DNA of 38,664 nucleotides from an uncultured Pirellulaceae bacterium (GTDB lineage: Bacteria; Planctomycetota; Planctomycetia; Pirellulales; Pirellulaceae). Of the stretch, positions 1 to 9,818 are shown piece by piece. The translations under genes and the position numbers were made by a program. Where the stretch lies: the NCBI GenBank assembly GCA_964535475.1, contig CAZHTX010000002.1, forward strand, positions 1 through 38,664. The letters are read 5' to 3'. Below the pieces are notes generated by a model, which was not told where the DNA came from, made no database searches, and worked only from the letters and a program-made list of their open reading frames with translations. Position 1 is the stretch's first letter; each line of letters opens with the position of its first letter.

Positions 1-304
1 GGGTGATCCGGATTGCGCTTGGCCGGCTGAAGCCGGTACACCAGCGCAATACAACTCACAACCTCACTGTCCCCCGTTATCTTGTTTCTGGTCGTGCATC
101 CAGTTGTGAAGTACAATCGACGCGTCGCGCTAGTCCACCTACCGACTGCATGGCGAATTCACTGCCGGCCAAACCGCTTCTGGCGTTTTGCTACCCGCAC
201 TTGAAATCGAGGTGTCGCGAGTGATGCAACTGGGGACGACTAGCTAGAAAGGGGCAGCCTCGAATGGCTGATTTCTAACCGCCGTCGGCTGCATTGCGCC
301 TAAT

Positions 305-1774
305 TCAGCGAGCTAAGTAATTCAACGTGTAATACGCCTCGGGATGTAGTAGCGGTTGATCCGCTTCGTTGCGCACTCCGCTGGCGTTCAGCTCGTGCAC
401 ATGCCCGCGTTGCAGCCCATCAACGAGCAGTCGTACCCGGCGGTTGTCATCATACAACTCGATGGCCGTGATCGTTGGTTGAGTGTGGTCGACTTCGGGG
501 CTGCCATATTGCTCGCGGTAAATGTATGTGTAAGTCTGTAACGAATAGCTATCGAGTTGCTGTGCGGACTGCGTATCGACCGGCTCGGTCATGACCAAAT
601 CAAAGCCACCCTTGATGGCTCGCATTTCGAGGATTTCAAAGGGAACTTTGCCAGTCCAATTGACCCGCTGTAACGCAAACTCTCGCGGGCCGCGGGAGCC
701 CCAGCCTCGATTCGTGCCACCCACAAACATCGCGCCGCTGGGATCCATTTCAACGGCCACGCTGCCCGAAGCGAAACCGGAGAGAAAAGGGAAACAAGCT
801 CCCTGGTAATGCCCCTCGACTTTTTCCAAAAAGACTCGCATTAGCGTCGAATTCGATTGATCGGCGACAAATAATTGATTTCCAAAAGGACCGAACTTGC
901 CATCGCTCGTGTCACAGGCAATGCCAGATGCCGATTTGCCCATCTTGTCATAAGGGAACATCACGGCGGTCGGCTCCAGCTCGGGCAGGCGATCCGCTTC
1001 GGTCATCATGCGGCTGTTGTCATTGGGCGTTTCGGGTTGCTCGCCTAGCGTTTTCGCCGCCAATTCGTACCAGCGGAAACCGCCGGGATGCCCCATGAAT
1101 TTACCAGGAACCAAATGCTTGAGTCCACAAGTTCCGTTCCAAGGGCCTTGATTGTCGGTGTAAAAGACATCGCCGGTGGCGTTAAAGCCAATGCCACCAG
1201 GAGAGCGAATGCCACTCGACGTGGGAGTGACCGTGCCGTCGGCGCTCACTCGCAAGCACCAGCCGCGATAGGGCACGCTGCTGCCAAACGATCCGGTCAG
1301 GCAGAGTACAATCCACTGGTTACCATCTTTGTCAAACTTGGAACCAAACGCATATTCATGGTAATCACCGCTGATCTCCCAACCTTCGGCAACGACCTCG
1401 AACTGATCGGCCAACCCATCACCATCGTTGTCGCGGATGCGTGAAATATCTGGCCGTTGGGTGACGTACAACCAACCATCTCGCAGGGCCAAGCCGAGTG
1501 GCTCGTGTAAGCCCTCGGCAAAGCGGCTGAATTGCTCGGCCTTGACCTCATCGGCCAGCGGTTGTTCGACTAGCCAAATTTCCCCACGCCGCGTGGCCAC
1601 GGCCAGCCGACCATCTTCCAGTGGTTGCAATGCGCCCACTTCAAGCACTTCGCCAGCAGGCAGCTCAAAGGTGGTCAGTTCGTAATAGTCGGCTTCCTGA
1701 GCTTGCTGGGCAAACCCACTTGTGACAGCCAATAAGCTGCAAGCCAAACTCGTAATAATCAAACTAGCTTTCAT
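305..1774 (-). CDS. Secreted beta-propeller protein (glucose/sorbosone dehydrogenase-like, PVC-type), likely partner of the upstream cytochrome
   Basis: 489-aa ORF with a Sec signal peptide (MKASLIITSLACSLLAVTSGFA). Propeller-type motifs include GLHEPLGL, DNDGDGLAD, GIRSPGGIGF and YTDNQG. It starts 43 nt after the stop of the 1225-aa gene on the same strand. Confidence 0.75.
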   Translation of the reverse strand: MKASLIITSLACSLLAVTSGFAQQAQEADYYELTTFELPAGEVLEVGALQPLEDGRLAVATRRGEIWLVEQPLADEVKAEQFSRFAEGLHEPLGLALRDGWLYVTQRPDISRIRDNDGDGLADQFEVVAEGWEISGDYHEYAFGSKFDKDGNQWIVLCLTGSFGSSVPYRGWCLRVSADGTVTPTSSGIRSPGGIGFNATGDVFYTDNQGPWNGTCGLKHLVPGKFMGHPGGFRWYELAAKTLGEQPETPNDNSRMMTEADRLPELEPTAVMFPYDKMGKSASGIACDTSDGKFGPFGNQLFVADQSNSTLMRVFLEKVEGHYQGACFPFLSGFASGSVAVEMDPSGAMFVGGTNRGWGSRGPREFALQRVNWTGKVPFEILEMRAIKGGFDLVMTEPVDTQSAQQLDSYSLQTYTYIYREQYGSPEVDHTQPTITAIELYDDNRRVRLLVDGLQRGHVHELNASGVRNEADQPLLHPEAYYTLNYLAR

Positions 1775-1817
1775 GGGATCAGACCGTGGTACAGCAAATG
1801 AATATGATGATGAACGT

Positions 1818-4800
1818 CTACCAGCGATAAGTAAATTCGACTGTCGCTTGATCGCTGTTGCCCAGCGAAGTTCGCAACGCTTGCTTACCAGCCTCTTCCA
1901 CCAATTGCACGTCGGGAGTCGATAACTCCAAAGTGAATTGCCCGTTCACTCGATAGCTGGTGGGGGTGAGACGTTCGATTTGACCGCTGGCTAACCGCAC
2001 AATGGCCAGCCCGGCGGCGGCGGAGTCGGGTGATCTCTTGATCTCGAGACGACGCGTTAGTGATTTGGCTCCCGTCTCGGTATCGGCAGTCGGTAGATAG
2101 GTCTCGTGAATCTCCGCCGGTCCGATCTGGTACCGGAAACTGGGGCGGCCCGTGGCGTCGAGCGAGTAGCCGAGGAAACGTTGGCTTGCCGCGGACGACG
2201 CATCGGCCTGTTGCTCAGCATTTGGCCAGGGAGCCGTCAACGAAGCCAAAATTGCCACCGGTGCCGATTGTTCGACTTCCAGCACGGCATCTCCCAGCGG
2301 TCCCAGCCTCCCCTGACCGCGACCGCGCCAATGGAGCGAAGCGTCGAGAAATTGGTTTTGCCAAATTTTCGCCAACGCCAAACGATCCGCGTCCCAAGCG
2401 ATGTGGACTTGCTCAGGATATCCCACGGCAATGCCGCGGGCACTCATTTCGGTGAGGAAATTGCGATAGATGATCGGCCGTTCGCCGGGGACCAGCTCGA
2501 TCGCACCGGGTCGCAATCCGCTGGGGATTTTTCGGGGATCTCCTTCCAGTAAAAATTGCCACATGGCTTCGATCTGGTAGGCCGGATCGCCGTCGGCAAT
2601 TTTAGTTAACACACTCTTGCCCTCGGGAAAGCTGGCCGGCATCCGCGTTCCGGGACGATACGTTTGTGGATTCAGCATGTATCGATGGAACCAATCACGT
2701 CGCAGTCGTTTTGGCATCTCCAACATATCGATGGCTTGAATGCCTGGTGTCCCCTCACCGCCGTAGGTGTGACATTTAATGCATGCTAATCCTTCGTTAC
2801 CAACCAGTTCGCGACCATCAGCCAACCAGCGATGAGCGGGTTGTGCGGCGACGTCGGGTAATTCGCTGGATCGGCGATCTTGCTTGTTTAGACGTTGGTG
2901 CAACAGCTTCATCCGCTCGTACCCGAAAGCTGGCATCCGCGTCAGCATGTAAGGTCGTTGATTGGCACCCGCATCGAGTACTTTAGCAAAGTACTCATCT
3001 TTCAATTTGTCACCAACTCCGGTGAGTGGTGGCGGCACGCGTCCTTCGTCTCCCATTTCGGGAGTCGTGGTTTGAAAGATTTGATTACGGGCCAATTCTG
3101 GACCGCCAATACCGTCCCGCATGTGACAGGCAAAGCAGTTGGCGGCAGTTAAGGTGAGCTGAATTAAGTTCTCTCGCTCACGCTGCGGCGGTCGCGCGGT
3201 GATCGCAGCTTGTAAGGAATTTCGCTGAGCCGTGGTCAGCGCGTACTGTGGCAAACTGGCCGGCACTTGCTCGGCCAAACAACCTTGCTGTGGTTGCAGT
3301 TGCCGCCAAGGCTTGGCGGTTAAACTTGCCTCGATGGCTTGTCCCGCCGGTTCAAACACGTGGCAGTTGGCACAGCCGAGCGAGCTGAACAGGCGTTCGC
3401 CTTCCACTTTAAGGCCTGGGTCGGCGACGAATGTTTGGGGCACGAGTTGTCGTTGCAAATCGCCCTCGGGATCCTGGGTGACCAGCGTGCTGATCGCCAT
3501 TCGCGGCAAGTCGGGTCCGGCGATTTCCAGCGTCAGACGCTCTTCACCACCACCCTCGAAATATTCGACTCGCAGACGGTGCACGCCGGCGGTCAGCTCG
3601 ATTTCGCCACTACCTTGTTGATAGGGATGGACGCCATCGACACGCACCACTTCGCGGTCATCGACCAATACCCGGCTACCGTCATCGCTACCGATGGTGA
3701 GCGTATATTTACCTGCTTTGATGATTGGCAAATAGGCTTCGTAGACCGCCCCGAATTGATTGAGCGGTGAGATGCCGGCGAACGTTAATCCGGCAACGAC
3801 CTCCGCCTCCGCAACTGGTTGCAGTTTGTCAAAATCGGGCAGCGAGTCCCAGTTGCCACGATAGACGGTGCGGGAGAACTGTTGGGCGCCCGGCACCAAA
3901 ACAACATCCCGCAGCAAATAAGTCGCCACATCGCGGGCTTCCGCAGAATCGGCAACCAACCTGGGCATGCGACCATCGGGGCGAGTGGCGTGTGGATTTT
4001 GCAGAAACGCAGCCAGCGAATCGAGCGTATATTTTTCGCTCAGCGGTCCCAGGGGCACGTTGGTAGCATTCGGTGTCTGCCAATCATTCTGAGGCGCGTG
4101 ACAGGCCACGCAACCGATCGAATGATAAAGCTTCTCCCCACGTTCGGCTCCGCTCGCATCTCCAGAACGATCCAACATCGTTTCGCTGGTATCTGACAAA
4201 ATGAGATAGCTGGCAATCGCTTGACTGATCCGCTCGCGCTCGTCGGCCGCTACCGAATCTAATACCGAGGGCATGGTGGTCCCCGGTTTGGCAGCGTGTG
4301 GATCGTGAATCCAACGCACGAGGAAATCAGCACGCACGCGACCACCAATGCCGTTGAGCACTGGCCCGACGGCTGGTTCCCAAATTCGCTCGCGCCCCTC
4401 ATGGCAGTTCAGACATCCGAGCCCCTCGGCCAACACTTGTCCGCCGTCAATCAACTTTGGATCATCAAGCTCCGCACCGAGCGCGGTAGCTGCGTAGAAC
4501 CGCTCGTAGCCGGGAATCAAAGGCCGTTTGGAATCTTGCTCAGCATCGCGAGGCAAGACCCAGATGTTGCGAAAGCTGACCGGGTTGCCATGGTCTTGCA
4601 AATAAATTGGTCCGGGAGTGGGTCCTTCCGCTCGCGGTGCGGCGGTGGTTGTCTTGGGGAGCACCACGTTGCTGTGAATTAAGATTCCGTTGAGCCGCAC
4701 AGTGACCGTGGCGTTGGCAGTTTTTTTACCCGCGTCGTCATACCTAGCGGCGGTAAATTCAACGTCATAAGTTTGCCAACTCAGCGGGGGCAAGCAAGCA

Positions 4801-5495
4801 TTCAAGTCGGGACGGCGGATGGAATAAATGCCCCCCGCCTCATTATCTAAACCTTCCAGACCAAAGGAATCCAAAATTTGCGTCTCATAACGCGCTTGAT
4901 GATACAGTCCGCTGTTACCGCGTTGTTGCCCCGAGGCGGTCGGTTGATAGGGAGTGCGGAATTCTAAGTGAATGGTGTAGTCGCCAAATTGCTGACGGCT
5001 GGTTGCCCCCTGCATCAGTAGCCCATCGGGGGTGCGACGGGCGCCCGCTTCCCAATTCTCCATCGATGCTTCACTACCATCGAACAACACAACCGCGCCG
5101 GGCGGTGGTTGGACGCCCAGAGTGGGGCTTTCTCGTTCAATCTTCGTCAGCCCCATCGACTCGGCCAGCTCTGTCACCAAGTCAGCATCACCATCGAGGC
5201 GTTGCGGTGCCGCACCTGTCCAGCCAGCTCCGGGCAAGCCACCTTCGTAAATGACTAATTGGAACTCGCCATCGCCAATCGCCACCACTTGGATTGCCTT
5301 GCCGTCGCCCGCATATTCACCCTGAACTTGAAAATCTGGATCCTCGGCCGCCGCTTCCGGCGTGGCAAAAACTTGAGCTCGCCCGATCGAAGTCAGTTGC
5401 AGACTGAAGGCGACCAGCAGCAAGAGGGCGAGACCCGGGGGGCTGGATGGACTGCGACGCGTGGGTCGCAACGAAGACAGGAGATGTCGTCGCAT
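1818..5495 (-). CDS. Multidomain secreted protein: DUF1080 (3-keto-disaccharide hydrolase-like) + multiheme cytochrome c (5 CxxCH) + PA14
   Basis: Signal peptide; DUF1080 motifs LFDG, GNSG, YETQILDSFG and LQDHGNPVSFRNIW. Heme motifs CLNCH, CVACH, CANCH, CFACH, CIKCH. PA14 motifs SDDGSRV and HRLRVEYFEGGG. Confidence 0.85.
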   Translation of the reverse strand: MRRHLLSSLRPTRRSPSSPPGLALLLLVAFSLQLTSIGRAQVFATPEAAAEDPDFQVQGEYAGDGKAIQVVAIGDGEFQLVIYEGGLPGAGWTGAAPQRLDGDADLVTELAESMGLTKIERESPTLGVQPPPGAVVLFDGSEASMENWEAGARRTPDGLLMQGATSRQQFGDYTIHLEFRTPYQPTASGQQRGNSGLYHQARYETQILDSFGLEGLDNEAGGIYSIRRPDLNACLPPLSWQTYDVEFTAARYDDAGKKTANATVTVRLNGILIHSNVVLPKTTTAAPRAEGPTPGPIYLQDHGNPVSFRNIWVLPRDAEQDSKRPLIPGYERFYAATALGAELDDPKLIDGGQVLAEGLGCLNCHEGRERIWEPAVGPVLNGIGGRVRADFLVRWIHDPHAAKPGTTMPSVLDSVAADERERISQAIASYLILSDTSETMLDRSGDASGAERGEKLYHSIGCVACHAPQNDWQTPNATNVPLGPLSEKYTLDSLAAFLQNPHATRPDGRMPRLVADSAEARDVATYLLRDVVLVPGAQQFSRTVYRGNWDSLPDFDKLQPVAEAEVVAGLTFAGISPLNQFGAVYEAYLPIIKAGKYTLTIGSDDGSRVLVDDREVVRVDGVHPYQQGSGEIELTAGVHRLRVEYFEGGGEERLTLEIAGPDLPRMAISTLVTQDPEGDLQRQLVPQTFVADPGLKVEGERLFSSLGCANCHVFEPAGQAIEASLTAKPWRQLQPQQGCLAEQVPASLPQYALTTAQRNSLQAAITARPPQRERENLIQLTLTAANCFACHMRDGIGGPELARNQIFQTTTPEMGDEGRVPPPLTGVGDKLKDEYFAKVLDAGANQRPYMLTRMPAFGYERMKLLHQRLNKQDRRSSELPDVAAQPAHRWLADGRELVGNEGLACIKCHTYGGEGTPGIQAIDMLEMPKRLRRDWFHRYMLNPQTYRPGTRMPASFPEGKSVLTKIADGDPAYQIEAMWQFLLEGDPRKIPSGLRPGAIELVPGERPIIYRNFLTEMSARGIAVGYPEQVHIAWDADRLALAKIWQNQFLDASLHWRGRGQGRLGPLGDAVLEVEQSAPVAILASLTAPWPNAEQQADASSAASQRFLGYSLDATGRPSFRYQIGPAEIHETYLPTADTETGAKSLTRRLEIKRSPDSAAAGLAIVRLASGQIERLTPTSYRVNGQFTLELSTPDVQLVEEAGKQALRTSLGNSDQATVEFTYRW

Positions 5496-5526
5496 GGTGG
5501 GGGACTTCTGCAGGAGGGAGGATAAG

Positions 5527-6234
5527 CTAGCGGGCGATTTCGGCGAGTTGAAGTTTAGTCAACGATTTAATGCCTTGCCGCGCGAGTTTCAATAATTTAG
5601 CCAAATCATCGTCATCAAAGGTGGCTTCCTCGCCCGTTCCTTGAATTTCGACAAAACGACCACTGCCGGTCATCACGACATTCATGTCGACGTCGGCCGC
5701 TACATCTAAAGGATAATCCAAGTCCAACCAGATTTCTCCTTTGACGCTGCCCACGCTGATGGCCGCCACGGTATCGATCAACGGACTGCCGGGGCCAATC
5801 GTCAGCTCGGGGAAATCAGCCTTGATCGCATCGTGCAGCGCCAGCCAACCACCCGTGATGGCAGCGGTGCGGGTGCCACCATCGGCCTGCAAGACATCAC
5901 AATCGACCGTAATCATCTGTTCCCCCAAAGCTTGCAAATCAACGATTGCTCGCAAGCTACGGCCGATTAACCGCTGGATCTCCGTCGTGCGTCCGTCAAC
6001 TTTGCCGCTGCGGTCACGTCGTTTGCGCTGCGGCGTGCTGCCGGGCAGCATGTTGTATTCAGCCGTCACCCAGCCTTTGCCTTTTCCTTCCAACCAAGGG
6101 GGCACGCTGGCTTCCACGCTGGCCGTACAGAGCACCACCGTATCGCCACAGCGATATAGTACGCTGCCGGGGGCTGCGGAATAATAGTTGCGAGTGATCA
6201 AGACCTCTCGCAATTGGTCATGGGGCCGGGACAT
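5527..6234 (-). CDS. rph: Ribonuclease PH
   Basis: Motifs GWVTAEYNMLP, GRTTEIQRLIGRSLR, CDVLQADGGTRTA and EIQGTGE. Start moved to the ATG of MSRPHDQLR at 6234, which removes the overlap with argF. Confidence 0.96.
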   Translation of the reverse strand: MSRPHDQLREVLITRNYYSAAPGSVLYRCGDTVVLCTASVEASVPPWLEGKGKGWVTAEYNMLPGSTPQRKRRDRSGKVDGRTTEIQRLIGRSLRAIVDLQALGEQMITVDCDVLQADGGTRTAAITGGWLALHDAIKADFPELTIGPGSPLIDTVAAISVGSVKGEIWLDLDYPLDVAADVDMNVVMTGSGRFVEIQGTGEEATFDDDDLAKLLKLARQGIKSLTKLQLAEIAR

Positions 6235-6248
6235 CGCGGTCTTCAGGG

Positions 6249-6276
6249 GTTGAGAGTTGAGAGTTGAGAGTTGAAG
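6249..6276. repeat. Short tandem heptamer repeat (GTTGAGA)x3 + GTTGAAG
   Basis: Read directly in the argF-rph spacer: gttgaga gttgaga gttgaga gttgaag. Confidence 0.85.
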
Positions 6277-6295
6277 AAATTTAACAGAGCAGTCG

Positions 6296-7291
6296 CTAAC
6301 AGGCATCACTTTCGGGAACTGGCAGAGTGGTGGCAGCGGGTTCCGCGGCACCCACGTTGGCTTCCACCCAACCGCGATTCAGCAACCAGACCAGTAACCC
6401 TTTCTGTGCGTGCATGCGGTTGGCCGCTTGTTGGATAATACGGCTGTTAGGACCATCCATCACTTCGGACGTGATCTCCTCACCACGAATCGCTGGCAGG
6501 CAATGCAAGATGATGACCTCTTTGGGAGCCGCCGCGACGAGTTGTTGATTGATTTGATAATCGGCAAAGACTTGTCGCCGCTGTTCCCGCTCGGCTTCTT
6601 GTCCCATGCTGGTCCAGACATCGGTATAGATGGCGTCGGCATCGGCGGCGGCGGCCAATGGGTCGTTGGTCATTTCCAATTTGGCGGCCGGATATGCTTG
6701 TTTGACTTGCGACCACCAGTAGTCGTCAATCTCATAACCGACCGGGCAAGCAAGCGTGAATCGCATCTCCAGCATCGCACAAGCAAGCGCCATGCTGCGG
6801 GCCACGTTATTACCGTCACCAACAAACAGCATGTGCCGTCCTGGCAGGCAACCAAAAGCCTGTTGGACCGTCAGCACATCGGCCATTGCTTGACAAGGAT
6901 GGCACAGGTCGGTCAAACCGTTGATCACCGAGAGGGTGTTAAATTGAGCCAGATCGACAACTCGCTTGTGAGATTTTGTGCGGCACACAACGGCATCCAG
7001 AAATTGCCCGAGCACATTAGCAAAGTCGGCGACCGACTCTCGCTTCCCCCACCCCACATCGTCGCCCAGAAAAAGGCTACTGCCGCCCAGTTGCGCCATC
7101 CCGGCTTCGAAACTGACGCGTGTTCGCAAGCTCGGTTTTTCAAACAGCAGACCGATGCAGCGATTCTGCAGCAAGCTGGGTCGCTCGCCCTGTGCGTGCA
7201 GATCACAAAGGTATTGTCCGGTCTTTAAAACTTGACGCAACTCTGCCGGAGTCAGCTCAAATAAAGTGACGAGGTGTCGCAGGCCGTTCAT
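6296..7291 (-). CDS. argF: Ornithine carbamoyltransferase
   Basis: Motifs [24 protein letters not shown] and HCLP; clustered with argD and argB. Confidence 0.95.
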   Translation of the reverse strand: MNGLRHLVTLFELTPAELRQVLKTGQYLCDLHAQGERPSLLQNRCIGLLFEKPSLRTRVSFEAGMAQLGGSSLFLGDDVGWGKRESVADFANVLGQFLDAVVCRTKSHKRVVDLAQFNTLSVINGLTDLCHPCQAMADVLTVQQAFGCLPGRHMLFVGDGNNVARSMALACAMLEMRFTLACPVGYEIDDYWWSQVKQAYPAAKLEMTNDPLAAAADADAIYTDVWTSMGQEAEREQRRQVFADYQINQQLVAAAPKEVIILHCLPAIRGEEITSEVMDGPNSRIIQQAANRMHAQKGLLVWLLNRGWVEANVGAAEPAATTLPVPESDAC

Positions 7292-7338
7292 CGGCGATTC
7301 GTCCGGGATGGGAGTAGGAAAGAAAATAGTAACGTGTG

Positions 7339-7363
7339 AAAAAAGGCTTCGATAACCTTTTTT
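7339..7363. terminator. Weak A/T-rich hairpin between argD and argF (possible terminator or pause site)
   Basis: AAAAAAGG-cttcgataa-CCTTTTTT inverted repeat. It has only 2 GC pairs, so function is doubtful. Confidence 0.3.
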
Positions 7364-7402
7364 ATGTTGGGCGTTTGACCCGAGGGTGATGTGCCAACTG
7401 GC

Positions 7403-8647
7403 TCAGCTGTCGACCGCTTGCTGCCCGGCCGCTTCAAATGCTTGTTGCAATATCTCCAGCCCCTGGTCGGCAGCCTGTTTGCTGAGATTCATTGCCGGCA
7501 ACAATCGCAACACGGTACCTTGCGTGCAATTGATTAACAGACCGCGTCGCAGGCAATCTTCCACGATCGGGCTACCGTCGATATCTAACTCAATACCAAT
7601 CATGACACCCGCGGAGCGAACTTCGCGAATGAAATCAAAATCGCTAGCCATTTGCTGCAGCGCCGTCGTCAGGTGCTCGCCCAACTCGGTGGCGGCGGCT
7701 AACAAGCCTTCCTCTTCGATCGTTTCGATCATGGCGATACCGGCGGCCGCGGCGATTGGATTACCGCCAAAAGTGGCTGCGTGCGTTCCCGGTTTGAGGC
7801 TGGCGGCGACTTCGGGGCGAGCGAGCAGGGCACCGCCGGCAATTCCCGCGCAGAGTGATTTTGCCAATGTCATAATATCGGGTTGAACGTCGAAGTATTG
7901 ATGCGCGAACCAAGTCCCGGTTCGTCCGCAGCCCGTTTGCACTTCATCGAAAATCAACAACAATTCGTGTTGGTCGGCCAACTCCCGCAGCCCGGCCAAG
8001 AATCTTTCCGGCGGCATCCGCACGCCACCTTCGCCTTGAATCGGCTCGATCATGATCGCCGCGGTGGTCTCATCAATCGCTTGTCGAACGGCCGCTAGAT
8101 CGCCCATCGGGCAGTAGGCAAATCCGGCCATCAGCGGCCCCAGGCCTTCGTGATATTTAGGCTGCGCCGTGGCCGTTAGACTTCCTAAAGTGCGACCATG
8201 AAATCCACCGGTAAAGGTGATGATCTTATAACGATCGGGTGGCGTATGGAGGCGGGCCAGTTTGATCGCCGCCTCGTTGGCTTCGGTGCCGCTGTTGCAA
8301 AAGAAGGCTTGAGCGGCAAACTCGGTGCGTTGGCTGAGCAGCTCGGCCCACACACCTTGTTGCTCCATATACCAAGTGTTCGGTACGTGGATTAACTTGG
8401 CGACCTGCTCCTGTACCGCTTGGACAACTTTCGCTGGGCAATGCCCGAGCAGATTACATCCCCAACCGGGAAATAAATCTAAGTATTCGCGACCATCGCT
8501 ATCCCAGACAGTCGACCCTTCGCCACGCACCAAGGCGACCGGATAGCGGCGATAATTGCCGATCACGAATTTTTCGAATCGCTCCATCGTGGCAGCGGTC
8601 GATGGCGACACCGGGTTGGCTACGGGTGAACTGGACGAACTGGTCAT
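7403..8647 (-). CDS. argD: Acetylornithine aminotransferase (class III PLP)
   Basis: Motifs NSGTEANEAA, FHGRT, EPIQGEGG, DEVQTG, the PLP lysine in LAKSL and TFGGNP; lies between argB and argF. Confidence 0.93.
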   Translation of the reverse strand: MTSSSSSPVANPVSPSTAATMERFEKFVIGNYRRYPVALVRGEGSTVWDSDGREYLDLFPGWGCNLLGHCPAKVVQAVQEQVAKLIHVPNTWYMEQQGVWAELLSQRTEFAAQAFFCNSGTEANEAAIKLARLHTPPDRYKIITFTGGFHGRTLGSLTATAQPKYHEGLGPLMAGFAYCPMGDLAAVRQAIDETTAAIMIEPIQGEGGVRMPPERFLAGLRELADQHELLLIFDEVQTGCGRTGTWFAHQYFDVQPDIMTLAKSLCAGIAGGALLARPEVAASLKPGTHAATFGGNPIAAAAGIAMIETIEEEGLLAAATELGEHLTTALQQMASDFDFIREVRSAGVMIGIELDIDGSPIVEDCLRRGLLINCTQGTVLRLLPAMNLSKQAADQGLEILQQAFEAAGQQAVDS

Positions 8648-8686
8648 AGTTTAACGTTTCAGCCGCGAGCGACGGTAAAGGGAATA

Positions 8687-8751
8687 TAGAAATCATCCGC
8701 CTGCCGCTGAGCCGCTCGCCGCGGATCTCTGTCGGTTTTCGGATAGGTTGA
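8687..8751. repeat. Degenerate copy of the MITE-like element found at 12482-12552
   Basis: Shares the exact 16-mer GGTTTTCGGATAGGTT (8734-8749 = 12535-12550). The internal TGAGCCG...CTCGCCGCGG is similar, and the left end TAGAAATCATCCG is decayed. Confidence 0.65.
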
Positions 8752-8780
8752 TAATAACAAGTGGAATATTGCCGCGTTGG

Positions 8781-9668
8781 CTAAATCGGTATGTTTGCTC
8801 GGTCGTCACGCACGATTTCAGTACCCACGCCGCTGGTCGTGAAAATTTCCAACAGCAGCGAGTGGCGAAGACGTCCGTCGATGATGTGAACTTTTCCGAC
8901 TCCCCGCCCGAGCGTCTCCAGGCAGGCTTCCACTTTGGGAATCATACCAGTTCCGATCGCACCGTCGTCAATCAATTGGCGGGCGGCCGAAGCTGTCAGC
9001 GAATGAATGATCGAGGTGGGATCGTCGACGTCGCGGCGGACGCCGTTAATGTCACTGAGAAAGATCAGTTTGTCGGCACCCAGCGCTTGGGCAACCGCCA
9101 TCGCAGCGGTGTCGGCGTTAACGTTCAGCGGCTGGCCGCCAGCATCTTCACACATCGAGGGAATCACGGGAACCTGGTTCGTGTAGGCGAGACCTTCGAT
9201 GGGATGGCGTTCCACGCGGCTGACTTCACCGACAAAGCCGATGTCGTCGCCGGCGATCGTAATCCTCTCACCAAACAAGACATTGTTGCCGGCGGCGAAG
9301 TTCAGGTTCATGGCGCGACCGCCGAGTTGCTCAATCATTTGGGTGATCGATTCGTTCAGCTCGGTCGCTAAAACTCGCTCCACCACTTTTAGCGTGGCCG
9401 CGTCGGTCACGCGGCGACCGCGAACAAAGCGGGGTTCGATCTGTTCCGCAGCCAAGGCGCGATTGATCGCCTTGCCGCCACCGTGCACAATGACGGGCTG
9501 TAGACCTACCGATTCCATGAAAATCACATCCAGCAGGATGTGGCGGAGGGCGTCCTCGTCGTCTAAAACACTGCCTCCCAGCTTGATGACGGTCGTCTTA
9601 CCTCGAAACCGACGGATCCAGCCCATCGCTTCGATTAGAATGTCGGCTTTGGCAATCGCTTCGTCCAA
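8781..9668 (-). CDS. argB: Acetylglutamate kinase
   Basis: Motifs [30 protein letters not shown] and LLLEIFT; TTG start. Confidence 0.96.
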   Translation of the reverse strand: MDEAIAKADILIEAMGWIRRFRGKTTVIKLGGSVLDDEDALRHILLDVIFMESVGLQPVIVHGGGKAINRALAAEQIEPRFVRGRRVTDAATLKVVERVLATELNESITQMIEQLGGRAMNLNFAAGNNVLFGERITIAGDDIGFVGEVSRVERHPIEGLAYTNQVPVIPSMCEDAGGQPLNVNADTAAMAVAQALGADKLIFLSDINGVRRDVDDPTSIIHSLTASAARQLIDDGAIGTGMIPKVEACLETLGRGVGKVHIIDGRLRHSLLLEIFTTSGVGTEIVRDDRANIPI

Positions 9669-9818
9669 AGTTGACTTACTCCACAGATTTCGCGGTTAAA
9701 AACTAATCAGGCTAGGCAGCGCAGGGGAGATCTGTCAATCCAACTGACCCGCAAATTAATTTTGCGATTTGCCTGTCGATTCCCATTCGTCCCCAGCGAT
9801 TCCCAGGAGAAACTGTTT

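Noticed and set aside
1-224. 73-aa + strand ORF, and a possible - strand gene start (GTG at 59, MSCIALVYRL...) running off the window
   Set aside because: The + ORF has no recognisable features and the - strand fragment is too short to support.
6235-6351. N-terminal extension of rph in the ORF track
   Set aside because: It overlaps argF and translates the heptamer repeat; the RNase PH sequence begins at 6234.
6410-9699. Long + strand ORFs (272, 166, 207 and 166 aa) opposite argF, argD and argB
   Set aside because: These are antisense ORFs expected in GC-rich coding DNA and have no protein motifs.
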